DNA from: Bacilli bacterium
Lineage (GTDB): Bacteria > Bacillota_I > Bacilli_A > RFN20 > CAG-826
Reading direction: 5' to 3'
DNA: 61,328 bases
Assembly (NCBI GenBank): GCA_017626815.1
Contig: JAGAHY010000187.1
Coordinates: 1-61,328, forward strand
The translations under genes and the position numbers were made by a program. This document shows, in pieces, positions 49,107 to 58,772 of this stretch. Each line of letters opens with the position of its first letter. Position 1 is the first letter of the stretch. The notes under the pieces were generated by a model, which worked only from the letters and a program-made list of their open reading frames with translations, was not told the origin of the DNA and searched no databases.

Positions 49107-50291
49107 ATGAACCTCAAGCAAATTCAAGAACACATTCAATCCCTAGGTGCTGACGCCTGGATTCTCGTTGACTATGAGAATAAGAACCCCACTTTGGTCA
49201 AGTTGCTCGGCCAACGCATGCTCACGCGCAAGATCTTTCTCGTCATTCCCGCGCGAGGCAAGCCCTATCTTATCACTCATAGCATCGATACCGTTTACCT
49301 TAACGATAAGCAGACCAAAGACAACTTTGACCTGCGCGTTTATAAAACGTGGAAGCAAATGCTCGAGTTAGAAAGGGAATCCTTTAAGTCTTATAAGAAA
49401 GTCTTTATGGACGTCTCGGAAAACGGCCTATTGCCCCGCGTCAGCCTCGCGGACTATGGCTCCGTCTCGTTCATCGCCTCCATGGGCATAGAGATTCTTT
49501 CCAGCGCGGATTTAATGCAATATCAAACCGCGGTTATGGATGAAAAAGCCCTGCAATCTCAAATCGAAGCCTGCAAAACCTCATTAAAAATCAAAGATGA
49601 AGCCTTCGCCTTCATCAAAGAAAAGATACTTAAAGATGGACATACTGATGAATATGAAGTCCAACAATTCATCGCTAAACGTTACCTTGAAGAGGGTATG
49701 TATTTTGATGAAGCCCCATTAGTCGCGATCGGTATCAATGCTTCCAACCCCCACTACACGCCAACCAAAGAGCAATATAGTCCCATCAAGAAAGGCGACT
49801 TGGTCCTCATCGACATGTGGGCGAAATTTAAGGAGCCCGGGTCTGTCTATTCAGACATCACTTGGATGGGGTATGTAGGCAAAGAGGTTCCAGCGGTCTA
49901 TGCGGAACGCTTTGAAATCATCAAGGCGGCTCGCGATGGCGCGATTGCCTTCTTGAAAGAACAGCTACCCTTAAGAGACGTGCACGCCTATGAGGCCGAT
50001 GATGTCGCCAGGGAGATTATCACAAAAGCGGGTTATGGCGACTACTTTGTCCACCGTCTTGGCCATAGCATCTATGACGACGACTCCCCGCATGGCCCAG
50101 GCGCGAATTTGGATAACTTCGAGTCTCACGACACCCGTCTTCTTCTTGACGGCACGTCTTTCTCGGATGAACCTGGCATCTATGCGCCGGACTTCGGCAT
50201 GCGCACGGAAACCGACCTTCACATCAAAGGAAAAGAACTCCTTGTTGTCGGAGGATTGCAAGATAAAATCATCCCGATTTTAGAAGATTAA
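49107..50291 (+). CDS. M24-family Xaa-Pro aminopeptidase
   Basis: Metal-ligand motifs DMWA, HRLGHSI and FSDEPGIY. Confidence 0.85.
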   Translation: MNLKQIQEHIQSLGADAWILVDYENKNPTLVKLLGQRMLTRKIFLVIPARGKPYLITHSIDTVYLNDKQTKDNFDLRVYKTWKQMLELERESFKSYKKVFMDVSENGLLPRVSLADYGSVSFIASMGIEILSSADLMQYQTAVMDEKALQSQIEACKTSLKIKDEAFAFIKEKILKDGHTDEYEVQQFIAKRYLEEGMYFDEAPLVAIGINASNPHYTPTKEQYSPIKKGDLVLIDMWAKFKEPGSVYSDITWMGYVGKEVPAVYAERFEIIKAARDGAIAFLKEQLPLRDVHAYEADDVAREIITKAGYGDYFVHRLGHSIYDDDSPHGPGANLDNFESHDTRLLLDGTSFSDEPGIYAPDFGMRTETDLHIKGKELLVVGGLQDKIIPILED

Positions 50292-50551
50292 TCCATCAAA
50301 CGAAGCAAAATACTCTGTATTTCGGCGATTTTTTGATTGATTTCTTCTTCGCCTTTAGTTTCTTTCACGCAGTGATCTAGATGCGCGGAAAGAACTAACG
50401 CGTTCACTTTCTTTAACAGTGCAGTCGTCGCCATTAATTGGTTTGAAATATCAATGCAGTAAGCATCCTCTTCCACCATCTTAACGAGCCCGTCGAGCTG
50501 TCCGCGGGCAATCTTGAGTTGGCGTAACACTTTATCGTGATTGGCTTTCAT
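50288..50551 (-). CDS. csoR: CsoR-family copper-sensing repressor
   Basis: 87 aa. C-H-C ligand pattern (YCIDIS ... HLDHC). TAATG overlap with copZ. Confidence 0.85.
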   Translation of the reverse strand: MKANHDKVLRQLKIARGQLDGLVKMVEEDAYCIDISNQLMATTALLKKVNALVLSAHLDHCVKETKGEEEINQKIAEIQSILLRLMD

Positions 50552-50772
50552 TAGGCGACCTCGACAAGTTTATAACCGGCATCTTCAATGGCTTTGGCGT
50601 AGTCTTCTTTCGCGATTTCATTGTCTACTTTGACCGTAGCAGTCTTCTTCGCGAGGTCGACCTTGACGCCTTTGACGCCAGGAAGTTTGCCGACGGCCTC
50701 TTCCACGTGAGCGGCGCAGTGTTGGCACATCATGCCCTCCACGGTGAGAACTTGTTTCTTGGAACCGAACAT
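50551..50772 (-). CDS. copZ: Copper chaperone CopZ (HMA domain)
   Basis: GMMCQHC metal-binding motif. The ATG directly follows the copA TAA. Confidence 0.88.
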   Translation of the reverse strand: MFGSKKQVLTVEGMMCQHCAAHVEEAVGKLPGVKGVKVDLAKKTATVKVDNEIAKEDYAKAIEDAGYKLVEVA

Positions 50773-53100
50773 TTATTTATCCTCCTTGGAACGAACAAAT
50801 TTAAATAAACGGATGCGGAGCGCGTTCAGCACGACCGTCACCGACGAAATGGACATGGCTAAGGAGCCGATCATCGGAGTTAATACGAAATGAGACTGCG
50901 AACCCGTGAACCAGTTTGGCGATACCGGGACGCCATAAAAGGCGCCTGCGGCTAACGGAATCAATATGATGTTATATAAGAATGCCCACGTCAGGTTTTC
51001 TTTAATATTGCGCACGACTTTGTTGCTTAGCTTAAAGGCCGCGACAACATCGAGAGGATCATTTCTCGCTAAGATGATGTCGCTAGATTCTAAGGCTACT
51101 TCTGTGCCTGCGCCAATCGCGATGCCCACGTCAGCTCTTGTTAATGCCGGAGCGTCGTTGATGCCGTCTCCGACAAAAGCGACCTTATGCCCCTTGGCTT
51201 GTTCTTGAGCAACTATCGCTTCTTTTTGTTCGGGAAGAACTTCAGCATATACTTCATCTAAGCCGAGCTCTTTGGCAATCGCTTCTGCGGTTATTTTATT
51301 GTCCCCGGTCACGATAGCGACTTTTTTACCGAGGTTTTGCAGCTCTTTTATGGAAATTGCGGCGTTTTCTTTAATCTGATCGCCGATGGCAATCAAGCCA
51401 CAAAGAACACCGTTGTTGGAAACATAGAGGACGGTGTTGCCCTGTTGGCTTAAGCGGTGGAAATCTGCGACCGACGCAGAAACGTCCACGCCATTCTCGT
51501 TCATCAGAGTGAGATTGCCGATTACAACGTCCTCGCCTTTTACGCCTTTCCCCGGTATGTTTTGGAAGGTGTCGCTACGCCGATAAGAAACGCCTTTTGC
51601 ATCCGCATAACGGACGACCGCCTTGGATAAGGGGTGTTCGGAGCAAACCTCTAAAGAGGCGGCTTCTTGGAGCAATGAATCGCAAGAAGAGCCATAAGTA
51701 ACAACTTCATTGACGGCCATCTCGCCCTTAGTTAATGTCCCTGTTTTATCGAATAAGACAACATCGACTTTGCATGCCCGTTCAAAAGCCTCAGCGGATT
51801 TGATTAAGACGCCATTTTCTGCGCCTTTACCCGTGCCAACCATGATGGCGACTGGCGTGGCCAAGCCAAGCGCGCATGGGCAAGAAATCACCAATACGGA
51901 GACACCCAATTGAAGCGATAGGCTGAAGTCTGGACGGTTATTTCCAACGATTCCAAGTCCTGAAAGTAACATCCATAACGCGAAGGTTAAAAGGCTAATG
52001 ATAATGACTGTAGGAACAAAAACGGCAGAGATTTTGTCGGCTAGGCGCGCGATGGGGGCCTTTGAATCGCTGGCTTCTTCCACCAGAGAAACAATCTTGG
52101 CGATAGTCGTATCCTTACCAACGCTTTCAACGCGGAACAAAAAGGACCCTTCTTTGTTGATGGTGCCTGCCACGACTTTGTCGCCTGGCTTTTTGTAAAC
52201 GGGGAGAGATTCTCCAGAGATCGCCGATTGATCGATGTTGCCATATCCCGAGAGGACTTCGCCATCGACGGGGATGGACATACCTGGCTTTATCGCGACC
52301 GTTTCTCCCTCCTGGATTTCCTCGGTTTGCACTTCCACTTCTTCGCCTTCGCGCAGGACAATAGCCGTATCTGGCGTCAATGCCATCAACGAGGCGATGG
52401 AAGCGGTCGTTTTGCTGGTAGCGCGGGCTTCGAAATACTTGCCTAAAGAGATGAATACAGGAATCATCGCAGCCGATTCAAAATAAATGTTCATGGAATA
52501 ATTCATGACAGCCATGGAGTCACCCTGCGTATGCGCGATGATTAATCTTATACAGATATAAAGGCCATAGATGACGGAGACGGTAGATCCTAAGGCCACC
52601 AAAGCATCCATGTTCGGATGAAGTTTAAATAAGGACTTAAAGCCCGATTTGAAGTGATGAATGTTGAGATAGATAATCGGGATTAAGAACAAAATCTGCG
52701 CCGTTACGTTCAGCAAGCAGATCAAAGACATATATGGTGATGCATCGATAGCTTCCATAATCGGCGGAATCATCGGGCCCATAGAGAAAACCATCAAACC
52801 CAGCAATAAAATGATAGATAGAATCAATTTTTTGCGTGTTTTGCGGAGATTTTTTTCTCTTTTCTCTTGAATCTTGCGGATGGACTCGTTCACGTAAACG
52901 GAGCAGCCATATCCGGCACTGGTCACAGCGTCAATAATACATTGGTCATCGACCTTGCTTTGATCGAACTCGACGACCATGTTCTTTCCAAGTAAAGATA
53001 CATTGGCCTCTTCAACGCCGTCGATTTTCTTCACGGCACGGGCAACGTTGGCCTGACACGCGGCACACATCATCCCGGAAACATCATATTTTTTCTTCAT
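50773..53100 (-). CDS. copA: Copper-translocating P1B-type ATPase
   Basis: N-terminal HMA motif GMMCAAC. Also CPC (ISCPCALG), DKTGTLT and GDGINDAP. The track start at 53103 is GTG, so I preferred the ATG at 53100. Confidence 0.93.
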   Translation of the reverse strand: MKKKYDVSGMMCAACQANVARAVKKIDGVEEANVSLLGKNMVVEFDQSKVDDQCIIDAVTSAGYGCSVYVNESIRKIQEKREKNLRKTRKKLILSIILLLGLMVFSMGPMIPPIMEAIDASPYMSLICLLNVTAQILFLIPIIYLNIHHFKSGFKSLFKLHPNMDALVALGSTVSVIYGLYICIRLIIAHTQGDSMAVMNYSMNIYFESAAMIPVFISLGKYFEARATSKTTASIASLMALTPDTAIVLREGEEVEVQTEEIQEGETVAIKPGMSIPVDGEVLSGYGNIDQSAISGESLPVYKKPGDKVVAGTINKEGSFLFRVESVGKDTTIAKIVSLVEEASDSKAPIARLADKISAVFVPTVIIISLLTFALWMLLSGLGIVGNNRPDFSLSLQLGVSVLVISCPCALGLATPVAIMVGTGKGAENGVLIKSAEAFERACKVDVVLFDKTGTLTKGEMAVNEVVTYGSSCDSLLQEAASLEVCSEHPLSKAVVRYADAKGVSYRRSDTFQNIPGKGVKGEDVVIGNLTLMNENGVDVSASVADFHRLSQQGNTVLYVSNNGVLCGLIAIGDQIKENAAISIKELQNLGKKVAIVTGDNKITAEAIAKELGLDEVYAEVLPEQKEAIVAQEQAKGHKVAFVGDGINDAPALTRADVGIAIGAGTEVALESSDIILARNDPLDVVAAFKLSNKVVRNIKENLTWAFLYNIILIPLAAGAFYGVPVSPNWFTGSQSHFVLTPMIGSLAMSISSVTVVLNALRIRLFKFVRSKEDK

Positions 53101-53104
53101 CACA

Positions 53105-53121
53105 ATACCCCCTGGGGGTAT
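53105..53121. promoter_or_regulatory. CsoR-type operator, perfect palindrome ATACCCCC-T-GGGGGTAT
   Basis: 17-bp perfect inverted repeat 4 nt upstream of the copA ATG. It matches the GC-rich TACCC..GGGTA architecture known for CsoR operators. Confidence 0.7.
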
Positions 53122-53125
53122 CTAT

Positions 53126-53153
53126 ATTTTAGAGAAGACGTCTTCGGAATCAA
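53126..53153 (-). promoter_or_regulatory. Candidate cop operon promoter
   Basis: Minus strand TTGATT-16 nt-TAAAAT. The spacer contains a perfect 12-bp palindrome GAAGACGTCTTC (53134-53145). Confidence 0.55.
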
Positions 53154-53182
53154 TAAAAACGCTTAGCCAAAATGCATGATAA

Positions 53183-54112
53183 TCTGAGTTTTGGGCAAGT
53201 TTGTACTATTAATTCCTTAAACTGATAAAAAAGTCCGATAAATACTGAATAACTTGGCCAGAAAGCCATTGCACTCCGCCCTCTAAAGTAGTATAATTGT
53301 ACTATCTAAGAATGAAGCGACGAAGATGGCGAGACCAATAGAGGGCAAACGCGACAACGTCAAAAAGTCCGACAGGCTGCGGCTTAACTTCTACTTCGAC
53401 CCCGTCCGAAGGAGCCAGGAACTCATCGACCTGGACGTCGCGCTTAAGGAGCAAAGAGAGTCGTTGGAGGGCATTCACCGCGATGGGACGCCGCTCGACG
53501 ACAACGCCACGATAAAGCGGATCTACCGATTCTACGACCTCGTCTACGACGAAGAAACCAGGAAACTGCAGAGTTTCTCCCTGAACGAGAAAAAGGTCGA
53601 AAGGGCCAGGAGGGAGTCCGGGTTCTTCGCGAACACGACGCACGGCGTGGATTTCGACCCGATGACCGCCCAAAGGCACTATAAACTGAGGGACGAGCAG
53701 GAGAAGTACTTCGCCATGATGAAGGGGACAATGGGCGCGGACCGGCAGCGCAACTAGTCCGAGCTCGGCAAAGAGGGAAGGCTGCTGATACTTTTCGTCT
53801 CCCAGGTGATCGGCTGCTACATGGCCGACGTAAGGAAAACGAAACTGGACAGGGAATTCCATTCGTTGCAATCGGTCCTCGACGAGATGCGCCCGATCCG
53901 CTACATCGAGCACCCCACACGAAGGCAACAATCACGCCCTTCGTCGGGAAGCAGATCAAGATCTGCGAGGCGTTCGGGTTCGACATGCCCGACGGGTGTG
54001 CTCCGGAATACGTCGCTAGGAAAACCCCGAAAGGCATGCGCGGCCGTCCTCGCAAGAACAAGCTTGTGGTCAGGGAAGAGGATTAATAGTACAAAATCCC
54101 CTAAAACTCAGA
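53183..54112 (+). mobile_element. Internally deleted, decayed copy of the IS4/IS1634-like element (930 bp)
   Basis: It has the same ends (TCTGAGTTTTGGG...AAAACTCAGA) as the intact copy. About 1.03 kb is missing, with codon 5 of the transposase joined to codon ~354. Confidence 0.85.
53326..54086 (+). pseudogene. Transposase pseudogene (internal deletion, premature TAG, frameshift)
   Basis: MARPIEGKRDNVKK... aligns to residues 1-5 plus 354-598 of the intact transposase. TAG replaces the TGG in QRNW. A frameshift follows IEHP, and the SD has been lost (GAATGAAG versus GAAGGAGG). Confidence 0.85.
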
Positions 54113-54220
54113 TTGTTAGTGCGGATTCGACTTTTAATTCTATAATACCTGCAGCGAAGAACCGTGTTTGCAAAGCTTTAATCTGCCGCGCCTTGAGTTC
54201 GAGCTCTTGGAGAAACAACC

Positions 54221-56119
54221 ATGCAAAAAACAATGTTGCTCGCCTTTGTGGCGATAGCCCTACTGGGCTGCTCTTCACCGTCAAACGAGGAAACGTCCTT
54301 TGCCGATCGAATAAAGGTCTCGTATCAAGTCAATGGCGAAGTGGCTTATCAGGAATTTATCAAGAAGGGAGAAGAGTATATTCTTCCCGTCGATATCGAT
54401 TATCCCGGTAAAAGCGAGTACGCGATTTTAGGATGGAAAGACGAGGGTGGCAAAACGGTAGCTTCTTTTTCAGCGAACGCGGACGCTACATTCACCGCAT
54501 CCTTGGTGGAAACATGGTTCTCTTATGACGCTTTCCAAGATGGACTGTCCGTGTCCCGCAAAATAAACAAGGACGTCCCAAATAACCTTTACATTCCTTC
54601 GTTTTGCGAAGGTAAGCCGATTCTTGCAGTGAAATATTTCTTTTCGCATTGCGATAATTTGGAAACCGTTACGATTCCTAACGGGGTCAAATATTTAGAG
54701 CGCGAGGCATTCTATGGTTGCCAAAGCCTTAGGAAAGTTTCCTTGCCGGACTCTTTGTCCGTCGTTGGCAGCAATCCGTTTGGTCAATGTCCTGGCCTAG
54801 ACCCTCTTGTAGAGCACGGCGGAGCATATCTAGGGAACGACGCCAATCCTTACGTCTATTTCCTAGAGGCGAAGGAAGCCGCTTCGCCTTTTACGGTGCA
54901 GGAAGGCTGCAAAATCGTAGGGAGCGGTGCCTTTAACGGCCGAGAAAGCCTAACTTCGGTTCTCTTGCCCAAGGGTCTCATCTCAATTGGCCAATCCGCC
55001 TTCATGGGTTGCGCGGATCTCGCCTCCATCGTCATCCCGGATACGGTGGTTTCTATTGAGGACAGCGCTTTCCAAGAATGCTCCAGCCTATCGTCCATCA
55101 CTTTGTCTTCTTCGTTAAAAGAGATTCCAGACAATGCGTTCTCCTCTTGTTCTAGCCTCACCAGCATCACCATTCCAGACGGGGTCACTTCCATTGGAAC
55201 GGAAGCGTTTTCCAGCTGCGATTCGCTCGTTAACATAACTCTTCCCGATAGTCTTCAAAAAATAGGACAACGCGCTTTCTTGCCTGGCCTTTCCCTGTCT
55301 TGTAACGAAGGTGAGGACGGTTGCAGTTATTTAGGAAACGAAGGCAATCCTTATTTGGCTTTGGTGAAGGCCCCCTCACAAATTCAAGATTGCAATGTTG
55401 CCGTAGGGTGCCATTTGCTCGCCGATGGCGTCTTTTCGCAGCATAGGAGGCTACGTTCCGCCATCCTTCCCGAAGGACTGATTAGCATCAGCGAGTCGGC
55501 ATTTCGAAGCTGCGGTAATCTCACTTCCATCTCCATTCCAGAAGGCGTCACCGTGATCAAAGGCAGCGCCTTTACGTCCTGTGGGTTAGCCTCGGTCTCT
55601 TTCCCTTCCTCGCTTAGAAGCATTGAAGAAGGAGCGTTTGGCGAGTGTGGCTCTCTAAAAGAGGTCGTCTTGCCTGAAAACATTGAGGAAATAGGGCATG
55701 GGGCTTTTTATTATTGCGAATCTTTGGAAAAAGTAACCTTTTCCGGCAACGCCCCTTCCATTGGCGCGGATGCTTTTGCGCTTTGCGACCGACTCCAGTA
55801 TCAGGAATTCTCCTCGGGAAAATACTTGGGCAGCGAAAGCAATCCTTATCTATGTTTGATGCAGGTAGACGTCAACGCTACTTCTTGTCAGGTAGAAGAG
55901 CATTGCGTCCGCATTGTCACATCCTGCTTTGGGTACTCCTCAAACGTGGCCCGCGTTTACATTCCCAAAAGCGTGACTGACGTAAGCTACACCCAACTAA
56001 GCGCTTCAACAAAGATTTACTGCGAGGCCGCGTCAAAGCCTGAAGGCTTCGTCGAGGGTTGGAATGGAGAAGCAACGGTCTATTGGGGAGCAAGCCTCAA
56101 CGATTACCTTGCCGGATAA
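54221..56119 (+). CDS. Surface lipoprotein with BspA-type leucine-rich repeats
   Basis: Lipobox ALLGC. It has over 15 tandem ~23-25-aa repeats of the form L.S..IP..V..IG..AF..C..L. Confidence 0.85.
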   Translation: MQKTMLLAFVAIALLGCSSPSNEETSFADRIKVSYQVNGEVAYQEFIKKGEEYILPVDIDYPGKSEYAILGWKDEGGKTVASFSANADATFTASLVETWFSYDAFQDGLSVSRKINKDVPNNLYIPSFCEGKPILAVKYFFSHCDNLETVTIPNGVKYLEREAFYGCQSLRKVSLPDSLSVVGSNPFGQCPGLDPLVEHGGAYLGNDANPYVYFLEAKEAASPFTVQEGCKIVGSGAFNGRESLTSVLLPKGLISIGQSAFMGCADLASIVIPDTVVSIEDSAFQECSSLSSITLSSSLKEIPDNAFSSCSSLTSITIPDGVTSIGTEAFSSCDSLVNITLPDSLQKIGQRAFLPGLSLSCNEGEDGCSYLGNEGNPYLALVKAPSQIQDCNVAVGCHLLADGVFSQHRRLRSAILPEGLISISESAFRSCGNLTSISIPEGVTVIKGSAFTSCGLASVSFPSSLRSIEEGAFGECGSLKEVVLPENIEEIGHGAFYYCESLEKVTFSGNAPSIGADAFALCDRLQYQEFSSGKYLGSESNPYLCLMQVDVNATSCQVEEHCVRIVTSCFGYSSNVARVYIPKSVTDVSYTQLSASTKIYCEAASKPEGFVEGWNGEATVYWGASLNDYLAG

Positions 56120-56235
56120 TAAAGGAAAGGCTAAGCAATTGTCCTCTCACCGCTAAAAAAGGCCTTTTCAGGATTTAATTCGGTTGAATTGACTTGTGCC
56201 CTAATCCGTTAATGTTTAGACCCCGCCGCGTCTGC

Positions 56236-56397
56236 TCATAAACTAAATAGTATTTGGGCCGCTCTTTGACCATCGTATTTTTTGCCCGACGCTTCGCAAC
56301 GGGCGGCGATTTCATCAATCATTTCAGCCAACGTTGCATCGGCAAAATGTGAGACGTGCAGGCGCTTTTTCTTGCCTTGATCCGTCAATAAGACCAA
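56236..56397 (-). pseudogene. 3' fragment (53 codons) of an unknown gene, truncated by the IS left end
   Basis: The open frame runs straight out of the IS boundary: LVLLTDQGKKKRLHVSHFADATLAEMIDEIAARCEASGKKYDGQRAAQILFSL*. There is no start codon. Confidence 0.4.
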
Positions 56398-58361
56398 TCT
56401 GAGTTTTAGGTAAGTTTGTACTATTAATTCCTAAAATTGATAAAAAAGTCCGATAAATACTGAATAATTTGGCTAAAAAGCCATTGTATTCCACCCTCGA
56501 AAGGTATAATTGTACTATCTAAGAAGGAGGCGACGAAGATGGCCAGACCAATAGACCCCAAAGCCCAGTACCGGGTTTCGATCCACAACATCGGAGGCTA
56601 CCGTTACGCGAGCACGCAGCCTTCATACCGCGACCCGGAGACCGGCAAGCTTAAGCATAAGCGGATCCATTGGGGCACGTTGGACGATAACAATAAATTC
56701 ATCCCAGGCTCCAAGTACATCTTCGCCCCCACCGAGGAAAGGTCCAAATTGGTCTTCCCGGAGGACTGGGACATGAGCGAGCTCGAGAAGCTTTCCGGCG
56801 GAAGGAAACCCGGGCGGCCGACGATCGAGTCGCAGGACGAGAACAGGCTTTACGGGGACATCTGGCTCATGGAGCGCGTCGCCGACGCGACCGGAATCCG
56901 CGACGACCTGATGAAAACCTTCGACGGGGACAGGGAAACGGTCGATGCCGTGCTGACCTTGGCCTATTTCCCCATGAGCGGGAAAGGGACCTACGACCAC
57001 CTTACGGCCTGGACCAGAATCACGAAGGCGCCTTATGGCGGCGACCTTTCCTCCCCTAATATCACCGCGTTGACACAGTCGATAACGGAGCGGAACCGCA
57101 TGGACCTGTTCCGCCTCCGGGCGAAAAGGCTCGGCAAGGACGAGCTCTGCGCCGTCGACTCGACCAGCAGATCCGCCTGGGGCGGCTCCCTCCCCGACAT
57201 CCGCTTCGGCAAAAGCAAGGACAGGCTGCCGCTCCCCCAAACGGTCGAGGTGGTCGTCTACACCCTAAACGGCCACATGCCCGTTTACTACCGCACCTTC
57301 CCCGGAAACATACCCGATTCCAGAAGTTTGGAGACCGTCTTGGCGGACCTGAAGAACGCAGGCTTCAAAGACTTAATTCTAATCACGGACCGCGGCTACG
57401 AGTCCGTCCGCAACTTAGAGGCCTACATAGACAAGGGGCAGCCCATGGTCATGGGGACCAAGGTCGGCCAGTCGCACGTAAGGAAGGAAATCGACGGGTT
57501 CGGTTCCTTCGGACACCATCCCGAAGCGATGGAAATCGACCCCGCGGAGAGGGTTTACTACAAGCAATACGAGCTCGAATACCAGGTCGAGGGGAAACGC
57601 GAGAACGTCAAAAAGGCCGATAAACTGCGGCTGAACCTGTACTTCGACCCAGTTAGGCGCGGCCAAGAGCTCATCGACCTTGACGTCGCGTTGAAGGAGC
57701 AAAGGGAGTCGCTGGAGGGCATCCTGCGCGACGGGGCCCCACTCGATGACGATTCGACATTGAAGCGGATCTACCGCTTCTACGACCTCGTTTACGACGA
57801 AGGGGCCAGGAAACTGCAGAGTTTCTCCCTGAACGAGAAAAAGGTCCAAAGGGCCAGAAGGGAATCGGGTTTCTTCGCCAACACGACCCACGGCGTGGAT
57901 TTCGACGCGATGACGGCCCAAAGCCACTATAAGCTAAGGGACGAGCAGGAGAAATACTTCGCGATGATGAAGGGGATCATGGGCGCGGACCGGCAGCGCA
58001 ACTGGTCCGAGTTCGGCAAAGAGGGAAGGCTGTTGATTCTTTTCGTCGCCCAGATAATCGGCTGTTACATGACTTATATAAGGAAGGCGAAGCTGGACAG
58101 GGAATTCCATTCGTTGCAATCGGTCCTCGACGAGATGCGACCGATCCGCTACATCGAGCACCCCAACACGAAGGCAACGATCACGCCCTTCGTCGGAAAC
58201 CAAATTAAGATCTGCGAGGCGTTCGGTTTCGACATCCCCGAAGGATGCGCCCCGGAATACGTTGCTAGGAAAACCACGAAAGGCATGCGCGGCCGCCCGA
58301 GGAAAAACAAACTCGTGGTCAGGGAAGAGGATTAATAGTACAAAAACCCTTAAAACTCAGA
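56398..58361 (+). mobile_element. Intact IS element, IS4 superfamily (IS1634-like), 1964 bp
   Basis: 31-bp imperfect terminal inverted repeats, TCTGAGTTTTAGGTAAGTTTGTACTATTAAT (56398-56428) and ATTAATAGTACAAAAACCCTTAAAACTCAGA (58331-58361), matching at 25/31 positions. It carries a single transposase ORF. Confidence 0.85.
56539..58335 (+). CDS. DDE transposase, IS4 superfamily (IS1634-like)
   Basis: 598 aa, SD GAAGGAGG. D motifs AVDSTS and ITDRGY. The Y-2-R-3-E-6-K signature reads YKLRDEQEKYFAMMK. Confidence 0.85.
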   Translation: MARPIDPKAQYRVSIHNIGGYRYASTQPSYRDPETGKLKHKRIHWGTLDDNNKFIPGSKYIFAPTEERSKLVFPEDWDMSELEKLSGGRKPGRPTIESQDENRLYGDIWLMERVADATGIRDDLMKTFDGDRETVDAVLTLAYFPMSGKGTYDHLTAWTRITKAPYGGDLSSPNITALTQSITERNRMDLFRLRAKRLGKDELCAVDSTSRSAWGGSLPDIRFGKSKDRLPLPQTVEVVVYTLNGHMPVYYRTFPGNIPDSRSLETVLADLKNAGFKDLILITDRGYESVRNLEAYIDKGQPMVMGTKVGQSHVRKEIDGFGSFGHHPEAMEIDPAERVYYKQYELEYQVEGKRENVKKADKLRLNLYFDPVRRGQELIDLDVALKEQRESLEGILRDGAPLDDDSTLKRIYRFYDLVYDEGARKLQSFSLNEKKVQRARRESGFFANTTHGVDFDAMTAQSHYKLRDEQEKYFAMMKGIMGADRQRNWSEFGKEGRLLILFVAQIIGCYMTYIRKAKLDREFHSLQSVLDEMRPIRYIEHPNTKATITPFVGNQIKICEAFGFDIPEGCAPEYVARKTTKGMRGRPRKNKLVVREED

Positions 58362-58670
58362 ATGATAATAATGTTCTGCTTAAAAGCGGGAGTAACCAAA
58401 CAATTGTTGTTTCAGCCCATCTAATTCTTCTTTGAATGCAAAAGACAATAGGTGAGGTTGCCGCGGTTTTCTATAACCATTTTCCGCCCTCTGCCCTCGC
58501 GGCGGTGGGGAAAAGCTGATTCTTTGGCAAATCAAAGCGAAAGAGAGAACGATGCTATGGCCGCATCCCTTGCAAGGCCGCCCAAACAGGCCAAGCTATT
58601 TGCCCGTTTTATAGAATTCAGGCCACTTTTTTTCAATCTCCTCTCGGACATTGAAGCCAAAAAAACCATT

Positions 58671-58750
58671 CTTTGCTAAACAGGATAAGGATCTGGCTCA
58701 ATCTGCGCAAACTCCATTCTCGGATAAATCCGAGTGGCGTGAAACCCGCT
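58671..58750 (-). repeat. Copy A of an ~80-nt structured repeat 3' of an immunity-like ORF
   Basis: Minus strand: AGCGGGTTTCACGCCACTCGGATTTATCCGAGAATGGAGTTTGCGCAGATTGAGCCAGATCCTTATCCTGTTTAGCAAAG. It starts 22 nt after the stop at 58773. Confidence 0.8.
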
Positions 58751-58772
58751 CATCATTTTTCGGGTAGACACA

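Larger units (their letters stand above)
53183..58361 (+). mobile_element. Composite-transposon-like unit: defective IS copy + LRR lipoprotein gene + gene fragment + intact IS copy
   Basis: Two same-orientation IS copies lie at the ends. The outer flanks are identical 7-mers, ATGATAA (53176-53182 and 58362-58368). The inner flanks (TTGTTAG and AGACCAA) do not match. Confidence 0.5.

Noticed and set aside
53302-58203. Several long minus-strand ORFs inside both IS copies (53302..53931, 53444..54061, 56623..57240, 57415..57927, 57934..58203)
   Set aside because: They are antisense frames of the visibly GC-richer transposase gene. Only the plus-strand frame carries the DDE and Y-2-R-3-E-6-K motifs.
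58452-58679. 75-aa plus-strand ORF and a 39-codon minus-strand ORF between the IS and repeat copy A
   Set aside because: Neither has an SD or a recognisable motif. The region looks like decayed island DNA.
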